Virus record (IMG/VR): IMGVR_UViG_3300029554_000001 | From: a virus | Reading direction: 5' to 3' (one strand) | DNA: 64,000 nt | Shown: piece after piece, positions 11,594 to 22,902 of the stretch | Layout of the letters: each line of letters starts with the position of its first letter | Position numbering within the stretch: position 1 is the stretch's first letter | Made by a program: the position numbers and the translations under genes | The notes under the pieces: generated by a model | What the model was told of the DNA's origin: nothing | What the model saw: the letters and a program-made list of their open reading frames with translations, nothing else | Databases searched by the model: none

Positions 11594-11869
11594 ATGGTTA
11601 AGAATGAATTTATTGCTGCTATTAAGGACACTGAGGCTTGTGCAGATGTTTCCAAGAAGGATATTGAGGCTGTTATCAAGGGTATGAGCGAGGTTCTGCT
11701 TGATGTTATTGCTAAGAATGATGCAGTTAAGGTTGGCTCTGTAGTTACCATTGGTGGTAAGCATCGTGACGAGCGCGTTGGACACAACCCTGCGACTGGA
11801 GAAAAGCTTACCATTGCTGCTCGTGACGGGGTGCCCTACGCAAAATTTAGCTCTGTAGCAAAGGCCTAA
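11594..11869 (+). CDS. HU/IHF-family DNA-binding protein
   Basis: 91 aa. Typical HU pattern (FIAAI...KKDIEAVI...V.L.GFG-like...R.GRNP.TGE...I...P.F). No TAG codons; codon usage looks biased. Confidence 0.85.
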   Translation: MVKNEFIAAIKDTEACADVSKKDIEAVIKGMSEVLLDVIAKNDAVKVGSVVTIGGKHRDERVGHNPATGEKLTIAARDGVPYAKFSSVAKA

Positions 11870-11933
11870 TAGGAAAAATAATTTACAAAGTAGATTTCTT
11901 TCGAATAAAGAAATCTATATAAACTAAAAGAAT

Positions 11934-11969
11934 AGCTCCAAGTCATCTTATAGTGGCTTGGGGCTTTTT
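11934..11969 (+). terminator. rho-independent terminator
   Basis: GCTCCAAG...CTTGGGGC stem followed by TTTTT. A perfect 10-bp hairpin (AGATTTCTTT/AAAGAAATCT, 11892-11916) lies just upstream. Confidence 0.5.
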
Positions 11970-11983
11970 ATATAGGTGATACA

Positions 11984-12829
11984 ATGACAAGATTTAGATT
12001 GATTAAAGCAATTATGGAGGAAACAGGATATGATAAAGAAACTGTTTCTAATGTAATTGAATCTTTAGAATACAAAATCCTTGACACCATTGCAATGGAA
12101 GATTAGCTGGATTTTGTGTTTGGTTCTATTTATGGGACTACCAAACCATCTCATAAAATTACAGGATATGTTTCGATGCTCCCTGAAATTAGAAAACAAA
12201 AAGCTTGGTCTTCTGCCTTTTTAGGATATCCAATGATTAAGTTTAGTAGAGAGGCTAAGAATTGTGATAGAGTTTATGCAAATGAATTCTTTGCTTGGCC
12301 TGAAAATAGATATACTTCGTTAGCTAGGAAGTATAGACAAGATGTTGGAGACCCTGAAATTCCAGAATACGAAGGTTTATCTGAAGAAAAAATTCAAGAG
12401 TTGTGTCAAAAAGCGGATGAAGAGAAAAAAGGTCCTCAGTCTCCCCATCAAAAAGCAAGAGAGGCGAGCAACGAAAGAAAAAGGATTAAACATCAAGAAG
12501 CTCGTCATGCTTTAATGAGGCAAATGGACTTAGAAAAACAAAGAGAAAATGGAGTTCCCGAGGAAGATTTGATTGAGCGACCATTTGAAGATATTTTAGA
12601 AGACATGAAAGCTGAATGGTGGCAAACTCACGAAGATTTTCAAAAAAACTGGAAACCATATTTAGCCGACCCTGAAAAAGTCAAGGAAAGGCAAGCTGCT
12701 CGTTTGCAACATGCAAAAGAGCATAAAGAGTGGATGAAACGACAAGCTGAACTCAAAAATAAAAGAAACGAAGTTTGGCAAGGAGAAATTAACGATGACG
12801 GAATAGCAGTTGAGAAAAACGACGGTTGA
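11984..12829 (+). CDS. protein with an HU-like N-terminal domain and a K/E-rich tail
   Basis: The ATG at 11984 is in frame with track ORF 12116..12829 through one TAG (AMED-TAG-LDF). Confidence 0.5.
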
Positions 12830-13568
12830 ATGGTTTTATCGTTGGGTTGGTTTTAGCGTGGCCAATGGTAAACATAAATGGATTATTGATATTTATAATA
12901 GGATAATTCCCTTACCAGCAAACCATATGATGCTGTATACAGAACCTTGGTGTGCAGCTACCGTTTCTGCTCTTGGAGAGAGATTAAATTTGACGGAATA
13001 TATTTATCCTGAATGCAGTTGTAACAGGATGATAGCTCTTTACCAGAAGAATGGAAGATGGGAAGAAAGAGACAATTACAAACCTCAAATTGGAGATTTG
13101 TGTTTTTACGATTGGCAAGACAATGGAGTTGGAGAATGTGCTGGAGAAGCTGACCATGTTGGTATGGTTTGTGACGTAAGTGGAAATACCTTTAAAGTTT
13201 TAGAAGGAAATTATTCCAATGAAGTCAAGAGTCGCACAATGCAAATTGATGGTAAATATATTAGAGGTTTTGGTTTACCAAATTATGCTAAAGCTGCAAT
13301 CGGTTATAAAGCTCCAGTTGATAAAACCAATATTAGAACTATGGCTGGTCAAGTACCCTATTTAAACATAGATAATAATAACGAAGCTGTTAAAATGGTT
13401 AAGATTCTTTTTAATAGTTTAGGGTTTAATGCTGGGACAGATACAATTTTTGACGAATAGCTGGAAAATGTAGTAAAACAATACCAAAAGATGTATGGTT
13501 TGAGATAGAATGGAGTAATTAATAGAGATGTTTGGTTGTTGTTACTTTAGGGAAAGCCCAAAAAGTAA
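12810..13568 (+). CDS. CHAP-domain peptidoglycan hydrolase with a C-terminal PG-binding repeat
   Basis: Cys (PWCAATVS) and His (ADHVGMV) of the CHAP fold are present. Three in-frame TAGs extend the ORF to TAA at 13566-13568, completing a PG_binding_1-like end (VKQYQKMYGL..NGVI). Confidence 0.65.
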
Positions 13569-13598
13569 CTAATTATTAAGAGAAGGATGGTGAATTTT

Positions 13599-13802
13599 AT
13601 GGCGGGACCCACTCGCAGAAAATCTCTTAAAGCTATAATCAAAGAAGTGACAGTTGGATTAGCCAATACTTTCCGTAATAATATTAATGAAAATAACAAG
13701 AATATTGCAGAAACAGTGGATAATTTACCTGATATTGCTATCAGCAAAGAATAGCCAGTTGATTAGAAAGCAGGAGATTTCTGGTTTCAAATTGTAGATT
13801 AA
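13599..13802 (+). CDS. small protein ending in GDFWFQIVD
   Basis: RBS AGAAGGA; two in-frame TAGs. The C-terminal motif is shared with the 25045..25428 protein. Confidence 0.4.
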
Positions 13803-13843
13803 TTAAATATTTTTGAATTTAAAAGGTTTAGAAGGTGTGTTAA

Positions 13844-15487
13844 ATGGCTAAATTAACAAACAATAGGGCCAAAGCTACCATTGCTAAAGAATAGAAAAGA
13901 TTAGATGCCATTCAAAAGAAAATGGAGACACAAAGGAAAAAAGAAGAATTTGGAGAATCTTGGAAATATTCTTTAAAAGATGAGCATAAACAGGCTCTAA
14001 AAGAAATTGTTGGGGACTTTGGTACACCAAATCTTGTAGATTCTGTTGATTATAATAGTTTTTTTGACCCTATTAATTTTTATAAAGAAGAAGATGGAAG
14101 TGTAAGACAGCTTGATTATAAGAAATACTTGGAATATGAAGAAGCTTATCAAGAAGTTATTGATGATTGTGATAAAATTATAAATGATGAAATAGATACT
14201 TCTAATGATTCAGCTAAAGAGCAACTAAGTACCCATCTTACTAAAAAAACAGAAAAGAAAAAGAGTAAACCTAAGATACCCGAATATTTACAAAAGCTTT
14301 ATTAGAATTGGACAAAATATTTTAATAGGTTTGTTCCATTGTATGATAAATATGTATGTTCATGTTGTGGAAAAGCATTACCACAAGATAAATATTTCCT
14401 TGCATACAATGAGGGGAATTTGGGTAGAATAGAAGCTAATGGAAAAATGCACACGCATATTTGTATAGATTGTTGTAAAAATTTATACGAATATTTGTTT
14501 TATGAAAAAGCAGACAAAGATGGCGAAAAAGCAATGAAATGGCTTTGTAGTTATCTTAATATATATTATGATGATGTTAGTTATCTTAAAGCTAAAAAAA
14601 CAATGGAGGAGAAAGATAGAAAAACTCATATAGTTGAAGAATATATGAGTGTTATTTCTCGCAGTGCTACTTTAAAAGGAAAAGTTTTTTTGGAATCGCC
14701 CGATGTTGATGTGAATAAAAATAAAGGGGATTCAAAGGCTGATAAAATAATTAACAGCAATACAGGCAATGTGCCTGAAGATTTAGAAGAAGAATGGAGT
14801 AAAGCTGACCTCGAAGCAAAAAGACAAGTTATCAAGATGGTTGGTTATGACCCGTTTTATTTTGAAATTGAAAAAGATAGAAAAATTCTTTATAAAGATT
14901 TACTTGGTATGATGGAACAGGGTATGGAGCTTGATGGACTTAAAGTCCAAGCTGCTATTTAGATTGTCCTTTCTTTTAAAAATATTCGTGAATTAAATGA
15001 AAAATATAGAAAGAAAAGTGATGAAGATGCTCCTGTTTCAGAATTAAAAGCGTTATCTGAATTAAAGAAGAAAGAACTCGAAACAATTACAAGCTTTAGT
15101 AGAGATAACGGCTTTGGCGAACGTTACGCTATTAGTAAAGCCAAAGGTGAAAACACATTCTCTGGTATTATGGCTAAGATGAATGAAATGAAATATGAAA
15201 ATGCTATTCTTAATATGTATGATGTTGAGACTAGCAAGAGTATTAATCAAGCTGCTGATGCAAGTTTTGCAGCCATTTTCAATCAACTTAGCATGAGTGA
15301 AGCGGAAGTGTACAAAACTTGTCAAGATTAGCTTAAAAAATTGCTTTCGTTGCAGAGAGAAAACGCCACCCTTACTGAAAATTTAAGATTGGCTAAACGT
15401 GAATTAGCTGAGAAAAAATTGGAAGAAGAAAAACGTCAGTACGATAAAGAAAATGGTGATGATGGCGATAATTGGGGTGGTTATTAA
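13844..15487 (+). CDS. 547-aa protein upstream of the large terminase (possible small terminase / DNA-binding subunit)
   Basis: Track ORFs 13922..14305 and 14339..14962 and flanking sequence form one frame joined by four TAGs. It has a Cys4 cluster (CSCCGK...CIDCC). Its TAA overlaps the terminase ATG (TAATG). Confidence 0.5.
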
Positions 15488-16020
15488 TGATTAATGTTAT
15501 TTTTAATGATTTTAGTTATGAATTACTCCCTAAAAGAAAAGAAATTTTTGAAAAATATACCAAGATAATTTAGTGGGGAAGAGCAAACCCAACAAGATTT
15601 ATCGAAGATTTTTTTAAAATATAGCTAACTGATATGCAAAAGTATGTTTTGCTAAGTAGTTGGTGTCCTGCAAACTGCGTATGGCTTATGGGTCGTAACA
15701 GTGGTAAGTCATTTTTGGCTGCACCTTTTATGATGGCAAGAGCACTTTTATTACCAAATACTAATACATACATTATGGCTCCGAGTGGAGGTCAGTCTCA
15801 AGAAACATTTTAGAAGATGGAAGATATGGCGAAAGGTAATATTGCTTCTTTGCTTGGAACATCTTCTGTGTTCTTAGATGAGTGTATTAGAGCAAATACT
15901 TAGGCAGACCCGTTTACTCACCCTAAGAGTGGATATACAGTTAGCTTGTATAATGGTAGTACAATTAATACGTTAAATAGTGTAATAAAGAACATCGTAG
16001 GTATAAGAAGCAATTTCAGT
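15487..16020 (+). CDS. terminase large subunit, exon 1
   Basis: Walker A motif GRNSGKS; four in-frame TAGs. The exon ends ...GIRSNFS at the intron A splice site. Confidence 0.75.
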
Positions 16021-17061
16021 GAAATCCTTATGAAAACGCTGACGTTCATAGTGATATGTTCGAAAAAATACTCCTTTAACTGCTGGGAACTTCTAAGGCT
16101 TAATTAACTAAAGCGGAATATGAAAATATAAACGTAAAAGTTGCGAAAGCAGAAAAAATAATTAAGATGACTTATGGTTAAATCCTAAAAGTTGTAATAA
16201 TGAACAATCAGCAACCAAGCTCCTGTAAAATGGAGAAGGCTCAACGACTATCTCGAAAGAGAGTAGGGGAAACCCGAAATGGGGAGATTCTTTTAATAAG
16301 AATAAGATATAGTCTAATTAATTGAAAAGAAGTGATGTAAAATAGACGAAAAAGAATATACCGTATATTAGCATATAAACAAATTAAATCGGAAGCGATA
16401 CATTGGTATGACTAACTAGCCCGTAAATAAAAGATGGGGTAAAAATGGATAGCGGTATTTAAGATAGAACAAAAATGGGGAATACAATTAGCCAGCAATA
16501 GCAAGAGCTATTTTAAAATATGGCTGGGATAATTTTAGTCATGAAATTATAAGTTCTGGCTTAAGTGTGGAAGAAGCCTGTCAATTAGAATATGATTTGA
16601 TAGAAAAATATCACACAAGAGATTCTAACTATGGGTATAATTGTACTTATGGAGGTATATATCACACTAAAACAGAAGAGGAAAAAGAAAAAATAAGTAA
16701 AAGTAACAAAAAGTTCTATGAGAGTCATTAGCATCACATGAAAGGGACACATTTATCAGAAGAAACTAAAAAACGTCTAAGTGAAATATTTAAAGATAGA
16801 GTTTTTTCTGAAGAAACGAAACAAAAAATGTCCCAAAACCATTGCAATGTAAATGGAGCAAAGAATCCAAGAGCTAAAAAGGTTCGTTGTATTGAAACAG
16901 GAGAAATATTTGAAACAGCTAAAGAAGCTGGAGAGAAATATCATAATTGTCCCTCAAATCCTCGGTGTGGAATTAGAGATTGTTGTAGGGGAAGAAGAAA
17001 AACTTCTGGAGTAGATGAAAATGGAAATGGTTTACATTGGGAATGGGTCGATTAAAAACAG
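16021..17061 (+). mobile_element. group I intron A with a GIY-YIG ORF
   Basis: P1: exon TCAGT pairs with GCTGA (16038-16042) with a U-G pair. P2 hairpin has a GUGA tetraloop. Conserved core CTGCTGGGAA...GCGAAAGC...ATGGTTAAATCCTAA...AATCAGC...CTCAACGACTATC...GAGTAG...GATATAGTCT. A P10-like match supports the 3' splice site after G17061. Confidence 0.8.
16336..17055 (+). CDS. GIY-YIG homing endonuclease in intron A; no canonical start codon
   Basis: EYTVY-TAG-HINK..RYIGMTN...KRW...ILKYGW...YGYN. At least 6 in-frame TAGs. The frame opens directly after a TGA (16333-16335) with no in-frame ATG, GTG or TTG ahead of the GIY motif. Confidence 0.6.
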
Positions 17062-17418
17062 GTTTACGATGAGGCCGGAAAAATTGATAGGACATTCTTT
17101 GCCCTGTCTCGTCCTTTTACTGCACAGGATACAAACTTTATTACTGGTGATGGTATTAATACGGATATATATCCAAGACAGCTACCGAATAAAAAGTTAT
17201 TATTAAGTTCTGCTGAGGGTATTGACAGCGAACTTTTTGACCAATATAAAATGGCATTTGAAAAAATGTTATTAGGAGACCCAAATTATTTTGTATGTGA
17301 TATTAGTTGTGAGTTTTCATTACATCCTTTTATGAATGGTAAGCCTATGAAGCCACTGATTACATAGGATGAAGTTGATAACGCATTTGCTACTAATCCA
17401 TACAAAGCAGAACGTGAG
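17062..17418 (+). CDS. terminase large subunit, exon 2 (3' end approximate)
   Basis: Starts VYDEAGKIDRTFF (Walker B). The 5' splice site of intron B lies somewhere in 17415-17445. Confidence 0.65.
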
Positions 17419-18579
17419 CAAATCGAAAAGAAATACTCCGCACATTTAGTGATAAGTGTGTGCATCCCATTGAACTGCTGGGAGTTCTTAAAGGTTTTTG
17501 TACTACAGCATAATTATGAAATAAGAATAAGTGCGAATGTTACGAAAGTAAAAAGAAACAAAAACATGGTGCATGGTTAAATCCTAAACACTATATAATA
17601 GATAATCAGCAGCCAAGTCTTTAACAGAGAAAGGTTCAACGACTATCCCGTGACTGGGAGTAGGGGTTGTTAAAGAATAACAACTTCGAAGTGGTGGGAC
17701 ATCTTAATGAGATGATGATATAGTCTAAGCTTATATGAAAATATAAGAAGTAGGTTGTTTTTAAGGGCGACAAGGGAAGGCCATCCTTTATACATATCCG
17801 CAAAATATGTATATAGCCCTTTATATATTAAAAATACTTTTTGCGGGAGGTTTTTAATGAAAGATGATAGAAAATGGACAGTATATATTCATACTAATAA
17901 AGCAAATCAAAAGAAATATGTTGGAATAACTAGTACTTCTGTGATAGAAAGATGGCATCATGGACATGGCTATTTAACCAAAAAGAAAGATGGAAGTTTT
18001 TGTTAGCCAGCTATGGCTTATGCAGTATTAAAATATGGATGGGAAGGTTTTTCTCATGAAGTAATAGCTGAAAATTTGACTATGGAAGAGGCTTCTTAGA
18101 TGGAAAAAGAACTGATAGAAAAATATTAGTCTAATAACAAACATTTTGGATATAATATTAAAGAGGGTGGAATAGATGGATTGCCTTCTGAAGAATCAAT
18201 TCAAAAAGCTTTATAGACAAAACTTAAGAATGGATATCACCATAGTGAAGAAACTAAAAGGAAGATATCTGAAAGTAATATGGGTAAAACTCATACTGAT
18301 TCATCTAAAGAATTGTTAAGTAAAAGCCATAGTAAAACAAAACAGAGACCGAAGGAAGTAATTCCACGGAATGATACATATAATTAGGTTTATTGCCAAT
18401 GTGTAGAAACAGGAGAGTGTTTTCCCTCAATTTCTAACGCCGCTGTTAATACTGGCTCTTACAACCCAAATATAGTTAAATGTTTAAAAGGAACAAGAAA
18501 AAGAGCTGGCGGATATCATTGGAAAGAAATAACAAAAGAAGAATATGAAGAATACTGTGCCAACAACTGAAAATACTTG
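17419..18579 (+). mobile_element. group I intron B with a GIY-YIG ORF (junctions approximate)
   Basis: Same conserved core as intron A (17475-17730), including the GNRA-capped hairpin GCACATTT-AGTGAT-AAGTGTGTGC. I could not find a clean P1. Confidence 0.7.
17857..18570 (+). CDS. GIY-YIG homing endonuclease in intron B
   Basis: RBS GGGAGG. WTVYIHTN..KKYVGITS...ERW...VLKYGW...FGYN plus a C-terminal NUMOD-like region. Several in-frame TAGs; TGA stop. Confidence 0.8.
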
Positions 18580-19614
18580 TACAAGAATCGTTTTGACAGA
18601 GACGGCGGTGAAGATGTTTTTGTAAAACGTTCAACGATTTTACGAAATAGCTTTGCATACTATCCAGTATATGAAAATGACGGCGAGAAAAAATATATCG
18701 TCTGTTACGACCCTGCATCGAAATTAGATAATTCTATTGTTTTAATAGGAGAATTGTTCAGAGATAAAGAAAAGGGTTTAATGTTAAAAATAGTCAATTG
18801 TGAGAACTTGATTGAGCTTTTACCTAACGGTGATAAGGCAATAATTCAAAAGCCTCAGCAAATTGAAATGATAAAAGACCTTATTATAAATTATAATAGA
18901 GGTGCTTTAGATTATGATAATATTGAGCTTGTCTGTATTGATGCTGGTGCTGGCGGTGGAGGATTTGATATTTCTCAGTTCCTTTTAAATGATTGGGTAG
19001 GTTCTGATGGTAAACGTCATTTAGGTCTTATAGACGAAGAAGACCCATATATGAAATTACGCGCAGATGATTATCCTGCAAATATAAGAAAATTGCAGTT
19101 ATTCAATTTTAAACGTGATAAAGTTCAAGCTTATGAAAGAACTCAAGCTGCAATTAACCAAGGATTAGTAATGTTTCCAAAGAGTTTAAATGCTCGTAAC
19201 GAGATGGAAATTGAAGAAGTTGCTTCTGATGGAACAACTTCAATAAGATATGAAAAGGTTTCGTTTGATGAAATGAACTCTTTGATATAGATTGATTTAA
19301 CTAAAGAAGAGTTAGTTGGTATGCAAAAGCAAAAAAGACCAAACGGTACGATTGTTTTTGAACTTTCACCTGACGCCAAGCAAAAAAATATGCATGATGA
19401 CCGAGTTGACTGTGTAGCAATGATGTGTAATCATTTGATGGAATTGCGCGCTAAAGAAGTGTTGGAGTTGGAAGAAAAACCTAAGACGGAATTTAAAGAA
19501 ATGTTTGCAAAACAAAAGAGTGCAAACAAAAGTAATAGTTCTAATCCTTTCAACGGATTAGGACAGGTAAATCCACTTTCCACTAAATATAGGAGAGGTG
19601 GAAGGTTTGGTTGA
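18580..19614 (+). CDS. terminase large subunit, exon 3 (nuclease domain)
   Basis: YKNRFDRDGG...IVCYDPA...CIDAGAGGGG...HDDRVDC. Track ORFs 18577..19290 and 19321..19614 are joined by a TAG. Confidence 0.7.
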
Positions 19615-19653
19615 TATTAATGATTAATATAAGAAGAAAGGAGGAGTAGGATT

Positions 19654-20037
19654 TTGTTAAAAATAAATAACGGGGTAATTTCATTAACTCGTGGAGATGA
19701 TTGCATAATAGATTTACAGATTTATACTCCTGATAATTAGGAATACAGTCCAAGAGAAGGAGAAAAAGCAAGGTTTACAGTTAGAAAGCATCCTTTGTAC
19801 AATAACGCTACTCCTCCTTTAATCGAAAAAGATTTTGAATTTGTTGAGCTTGAAAGCACTTCTAAGAATGAAAAAGATGAAGAAAAGACGAAAGTTTGGC
19901 GAATTAAAATTAAAGGAATTGATACGAAATTTCTAACATACGGAGGATATTTGTACGACGTATAGTTTTGTGATATAAAAGGAAATATAACCACTGTTTG
20001 CAAAGGCAAATTTATATTGACATATGAAATTGGTTAA
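19654..20037 (+). CDS. hypothetical structural protein
   Basis: TTG start after AAGGAGG; two in-frame TAGs; TAA stop. Confidence 0.5.
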
Positions 20038-20078
20038 TACTCCTTATTAAAAGAAGTGAAAGGAGAGTTTTATTTACG

Positions 20079-20357
20079 ATGGTAAGAAGAGATTATAGTG
20101 GAATGACACTGATAACGCCTGATTCTCCTAATTATAACAGAGGAGTATTATATGGTGTATTAAATGCTGGAATTGAAGAAATTCCTGCAAAAGATATGAA
20201 GCTTGAAGATTTAAAAGATGTAAAGATATCTGAAAGTGAAGTAGAAGATAAAGATATTCTCATGTATAATAAAGAGAATGAAGCATGGGAAAATAAGAAT
20301 ATGGATAAGTATTTGGAAGATAACTTGGTAGATGGTGGTGGAGTCCCACGGCTCTAA
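20079..20357 (+). CDS. small protein ending in DGGGVPRL
   Basis: 92-aa ORF just upstream of a fibre gene. The C-terminal DGGG(V/A)P motif is shared with 21912..22280. Confidence 0.55.
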   Translation: MVRRDYSGMTLITPDSPNYNRGVLYGVLNAGIEEIPAKDMKLEDLKDVKISESEVEDKDILMYNKENEAWENKNMDKYLEDNLVDGGGVPRL

Positions 20358-20455
20358 GAAGTCTTTTTCAAATAAATAGTTGCAGAATATGCAACAAGTT
20401 AAAATTTTTTGCAAAACATTTTAATTAAGTGAATAAGGAGGTGTAAAGGAGAAGA

Positions 20456-21895
20456 ATGGCTGATATTAATAAGCTGCAAACGCTCATCCAATTGCGTCGT
20501 GGTTTTCAGGCGCAGTGGGATACAGTAGCTAATACTTACATTCCTAAAGCTGGTGAACCTTGTGTAACTCTTGATGGTAAGAACAAGGGTTAGATTAAGA
20601 TTGGTGATGGCACTTCCACATGGGGAGAACTCAAGTATGTTGGTGTCAATGAAGGTGCTATGCATTTTATTGGTACTGTTGCTACGAAGGCTGAACTTCC
20701 TGAAAGTGCCGAAACTGGTGACATTTATCAAGTAACTGAAGATAGCAAACTGTATATTTGGGATGGCGATAGCTGGGAGATTTTTCATGCTGTTGACCTG
20801 AGTAATTATTACACCAAAGAAGAGACTACTAATCTTGTAACTGTTGAGATTGGTAAGGTTAATGAAAAAGTAACTGCTAATACCAATAAACTTAACGAAG
20901 TAGAAACTAAAGTTAACGAAACTAATTCCAAACTTGAAAGTCTTGGAACAGAGCTTGCCAAGGATTATGCTCTGAAAGCTGACCTTGATGTTATTAAGGT
21001 TTATGGCGATACTACATCTGATACTTCCATGGAAGTTAATGGACAAAAGTATAATACTGCCAGTGAAGCTATTGCGGCTGTAAGCGCTGGTGGCACGATT
21101 AAATTGAGTGGTGGTCTTGGTGCAGATGAAGTTATTAATGCTGACAAGCAGTTTACTCTTGATATGAACAATGCGGTTATTGTTGATAATGAGAAGACTC
21201 CTGTTAATGTTAGTGTTAATGGTGCTTTGACTCTCACTGGTAATGGCAGTGTTGAATGTAATAAGAATGGTAAACCCGCTATTAACAATAATGGTAACTT
21301 GATTATTGAGAATGGCAGTTATACTCGTAGCGTTGATGAGAAGGGTAATTCTTATTATACCATGGTCAACCATGGTAATATTGTGATTAATGATGGTATT
21401 TTCCAAGCTCCTCGGATTGTTTCGAGTATGATTTCCAATGGTTATTGGGATTACACACAGGATTACAAAGCTGGCGAAATGGCAGAATATCCTGAATTGA
21501 CTATCAATGGTGGCACATTTATTAACGCTTTCTATGTTATTAAGAATGATGACAATGGTAAGCTTTATATTAATGGTGGTAACTTCTACGGTACTATTTT
21601 CAACAATGGTTACGAAATGGTTGTTAAAGGTGGTAATTTCAAAGTTACTGATGGGACTTACAATATTGGTATGCGCAAGTTAAATGATGTAATGAACTCT
21701 GGTAAGTTACTCATTGAAGGCGGTACATTCTACAGCAATGGCGAAGTTAACTTTAAGCACAACGGTGGTGGCGAAGAGCCTGAAGTTGTTATTAAAGGTG
21801 GTAAGTTTAGTGCTGTTGTACCTGAGAAATATATTGCAGCAGGCTATGAATAGAAGTACATAGATGGTTACTATGTTGTAAGTGCAAAAGCTTAA
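20456..21895 (+). CDS. tail fibre/spike with an Mtd_N/HylP-like N-terminus and beta-helix-like repeats
   Basis: N-terminus LQTLIQLRRGFQAQW...GEPCV...IKIGDGTSTWGELKY; repeated NGG.F / GNGS segments. Two in-frame TAGs (one extends the C-terminus). Confidence 0.65.
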
Positions 21896-21911
21896 GGAAG
21901 GAGGATGACTA

Positions 21912-22280
21912 ATGTTTAAATTAGCGTATGTAGACAAGGCAAAAATTGAAAATAGCATTGCACAGCAAGTCATCCCCGAAGAGAGCTTGATTGTGACTAA
22001 CAGTGAAGCAAACAATGCTGAACTGAGCTATTATGATGAAAAAGGTAATTTGAAGAGCATTGTAAAAAAGACTCAATTTGAGAGTTCTGCTGAAGCTCAA
22101 TATTGGATTGCTAAATATGGTAACTACGAAGGTGAGACCATATCTGTACTGGAGAATGGTAAATGGAACACATACACTGTCAATAAAGATGGTGAAATGA
22201 ACCAGATAGTTTATCAACAGGATATGGTGTCTCTGTTGGACGATTTAATTATTGATGGTGGCGGTGCTCCTGAAGCCTAA
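21912..22280 (+). CDS. small protein ending in DGGGAPEA
   Basis: 122-aa ORF with an RBS; position-equivalent to 20079..20357. Confidence 0.55.
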   Translation: MFKLAYVDKAKIENSIAQQVIPEESLIVTNSEANNAELSYYDEKGNLKSIVKKTQFESSAEAQYWIAKYGNYEGETISVLENGKWNTYTVNKDGEMNQIVYQQDMVSLLDDLIIDGGGAPEA

Positions 22281-22304
22281 TAATTAAGGAAGGGAGGACT
22301 ACCA

Positions 22305-22823
22305 ATGGCAAAAGTGATTAATACTGTTATTAAGCTTCGTAAGGATAAAGAAGTAAATTATCAAAAAGTAGAGAATAGTTTTATTCCTGCTAATGGTGAA
22401 GTATGTCTTGTAGATACTGAAGAATATGGTTTGAGAGTTAAGGTTGGTAATGGTGTAGACAACTTTAAAACTTTGTCCTATCAAGATAATAACAACAATG
22501 TAGTTTTGAATGGTTATTTCCTGAATAACAAATTCTATACCGATAGTACCTATACAAAGGAATTAGAGAAAGGAATTAACCATTTATATATTGATAAAAA
22601 TTCTAATAGCAGTATCTTTGTTTGGACTGGTACTGAATTTAGAAATGTAGCTCCCGAAGCTACGGATACTATTGCGGGTATCATGAAATTGTACCAAGAA
22701 GCTGGAAATAATTCAGATGGTACAATTTCGCAAAAAATTATTACCGAGGGTGTCAATTCCATTGCTCTTAAGCTTAATGATTCTGATACAGAATGTTTGG
22801 AATTAGATTTACCTTGGGATTAA
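22305..22823 (+). CDS. tail-fibre-like protein with an Mtd_N-like N-terminus
   Basis: VIKLRKD...IPANGEVCLVDT...RVKVGNGVDNFKTLSY. Confidence 0.5.
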   Translation: MAKVINTVIKLRKDKEVNYQKVENSFIPANGEVCLVDTEEYGLRVKVGNGVDNFKTLSYQDNNNNVVLNGYFLNNKFYTDSTYTKELEKGINHLYIDKNSNSSIFVWTGTEFRNVAPEATDTIAGIMKLYQEAGNNSDGTISQKIITEGVNSIALKLNDSDTECLELDLPWD

Positions 22824-22902
22824 TAAATAAACAATTAAGCAATTTAATTTGTTTTTAAATCTTTGATTATGAAATCTTTGATTATGAAAAGGAGATTTTA
22901 TT

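Noticed and set aside
11539-11814. Two minus-strand ORFs over the HU gene; also 11026..11415 - and 11243..11443 +
   Set aside because: They overlap clearly recognisable plus-strand genes and have no independent support.
13547-13747. 66-aa minus-strand ORF
   Set aside because: It overlaps the TAG-extended end of the CHAP lysin gene and the small plus-strand gene 13599..13802.
20399-21406. 335-aa minus-strand ORF
   Set aside because: It is antisense to the well-supported tail fibre gene 20456..21895. Its product is I/N/S/T-rich low complexity and it has no RBS. It is an artefact of the biased codon usage on the plus strand.
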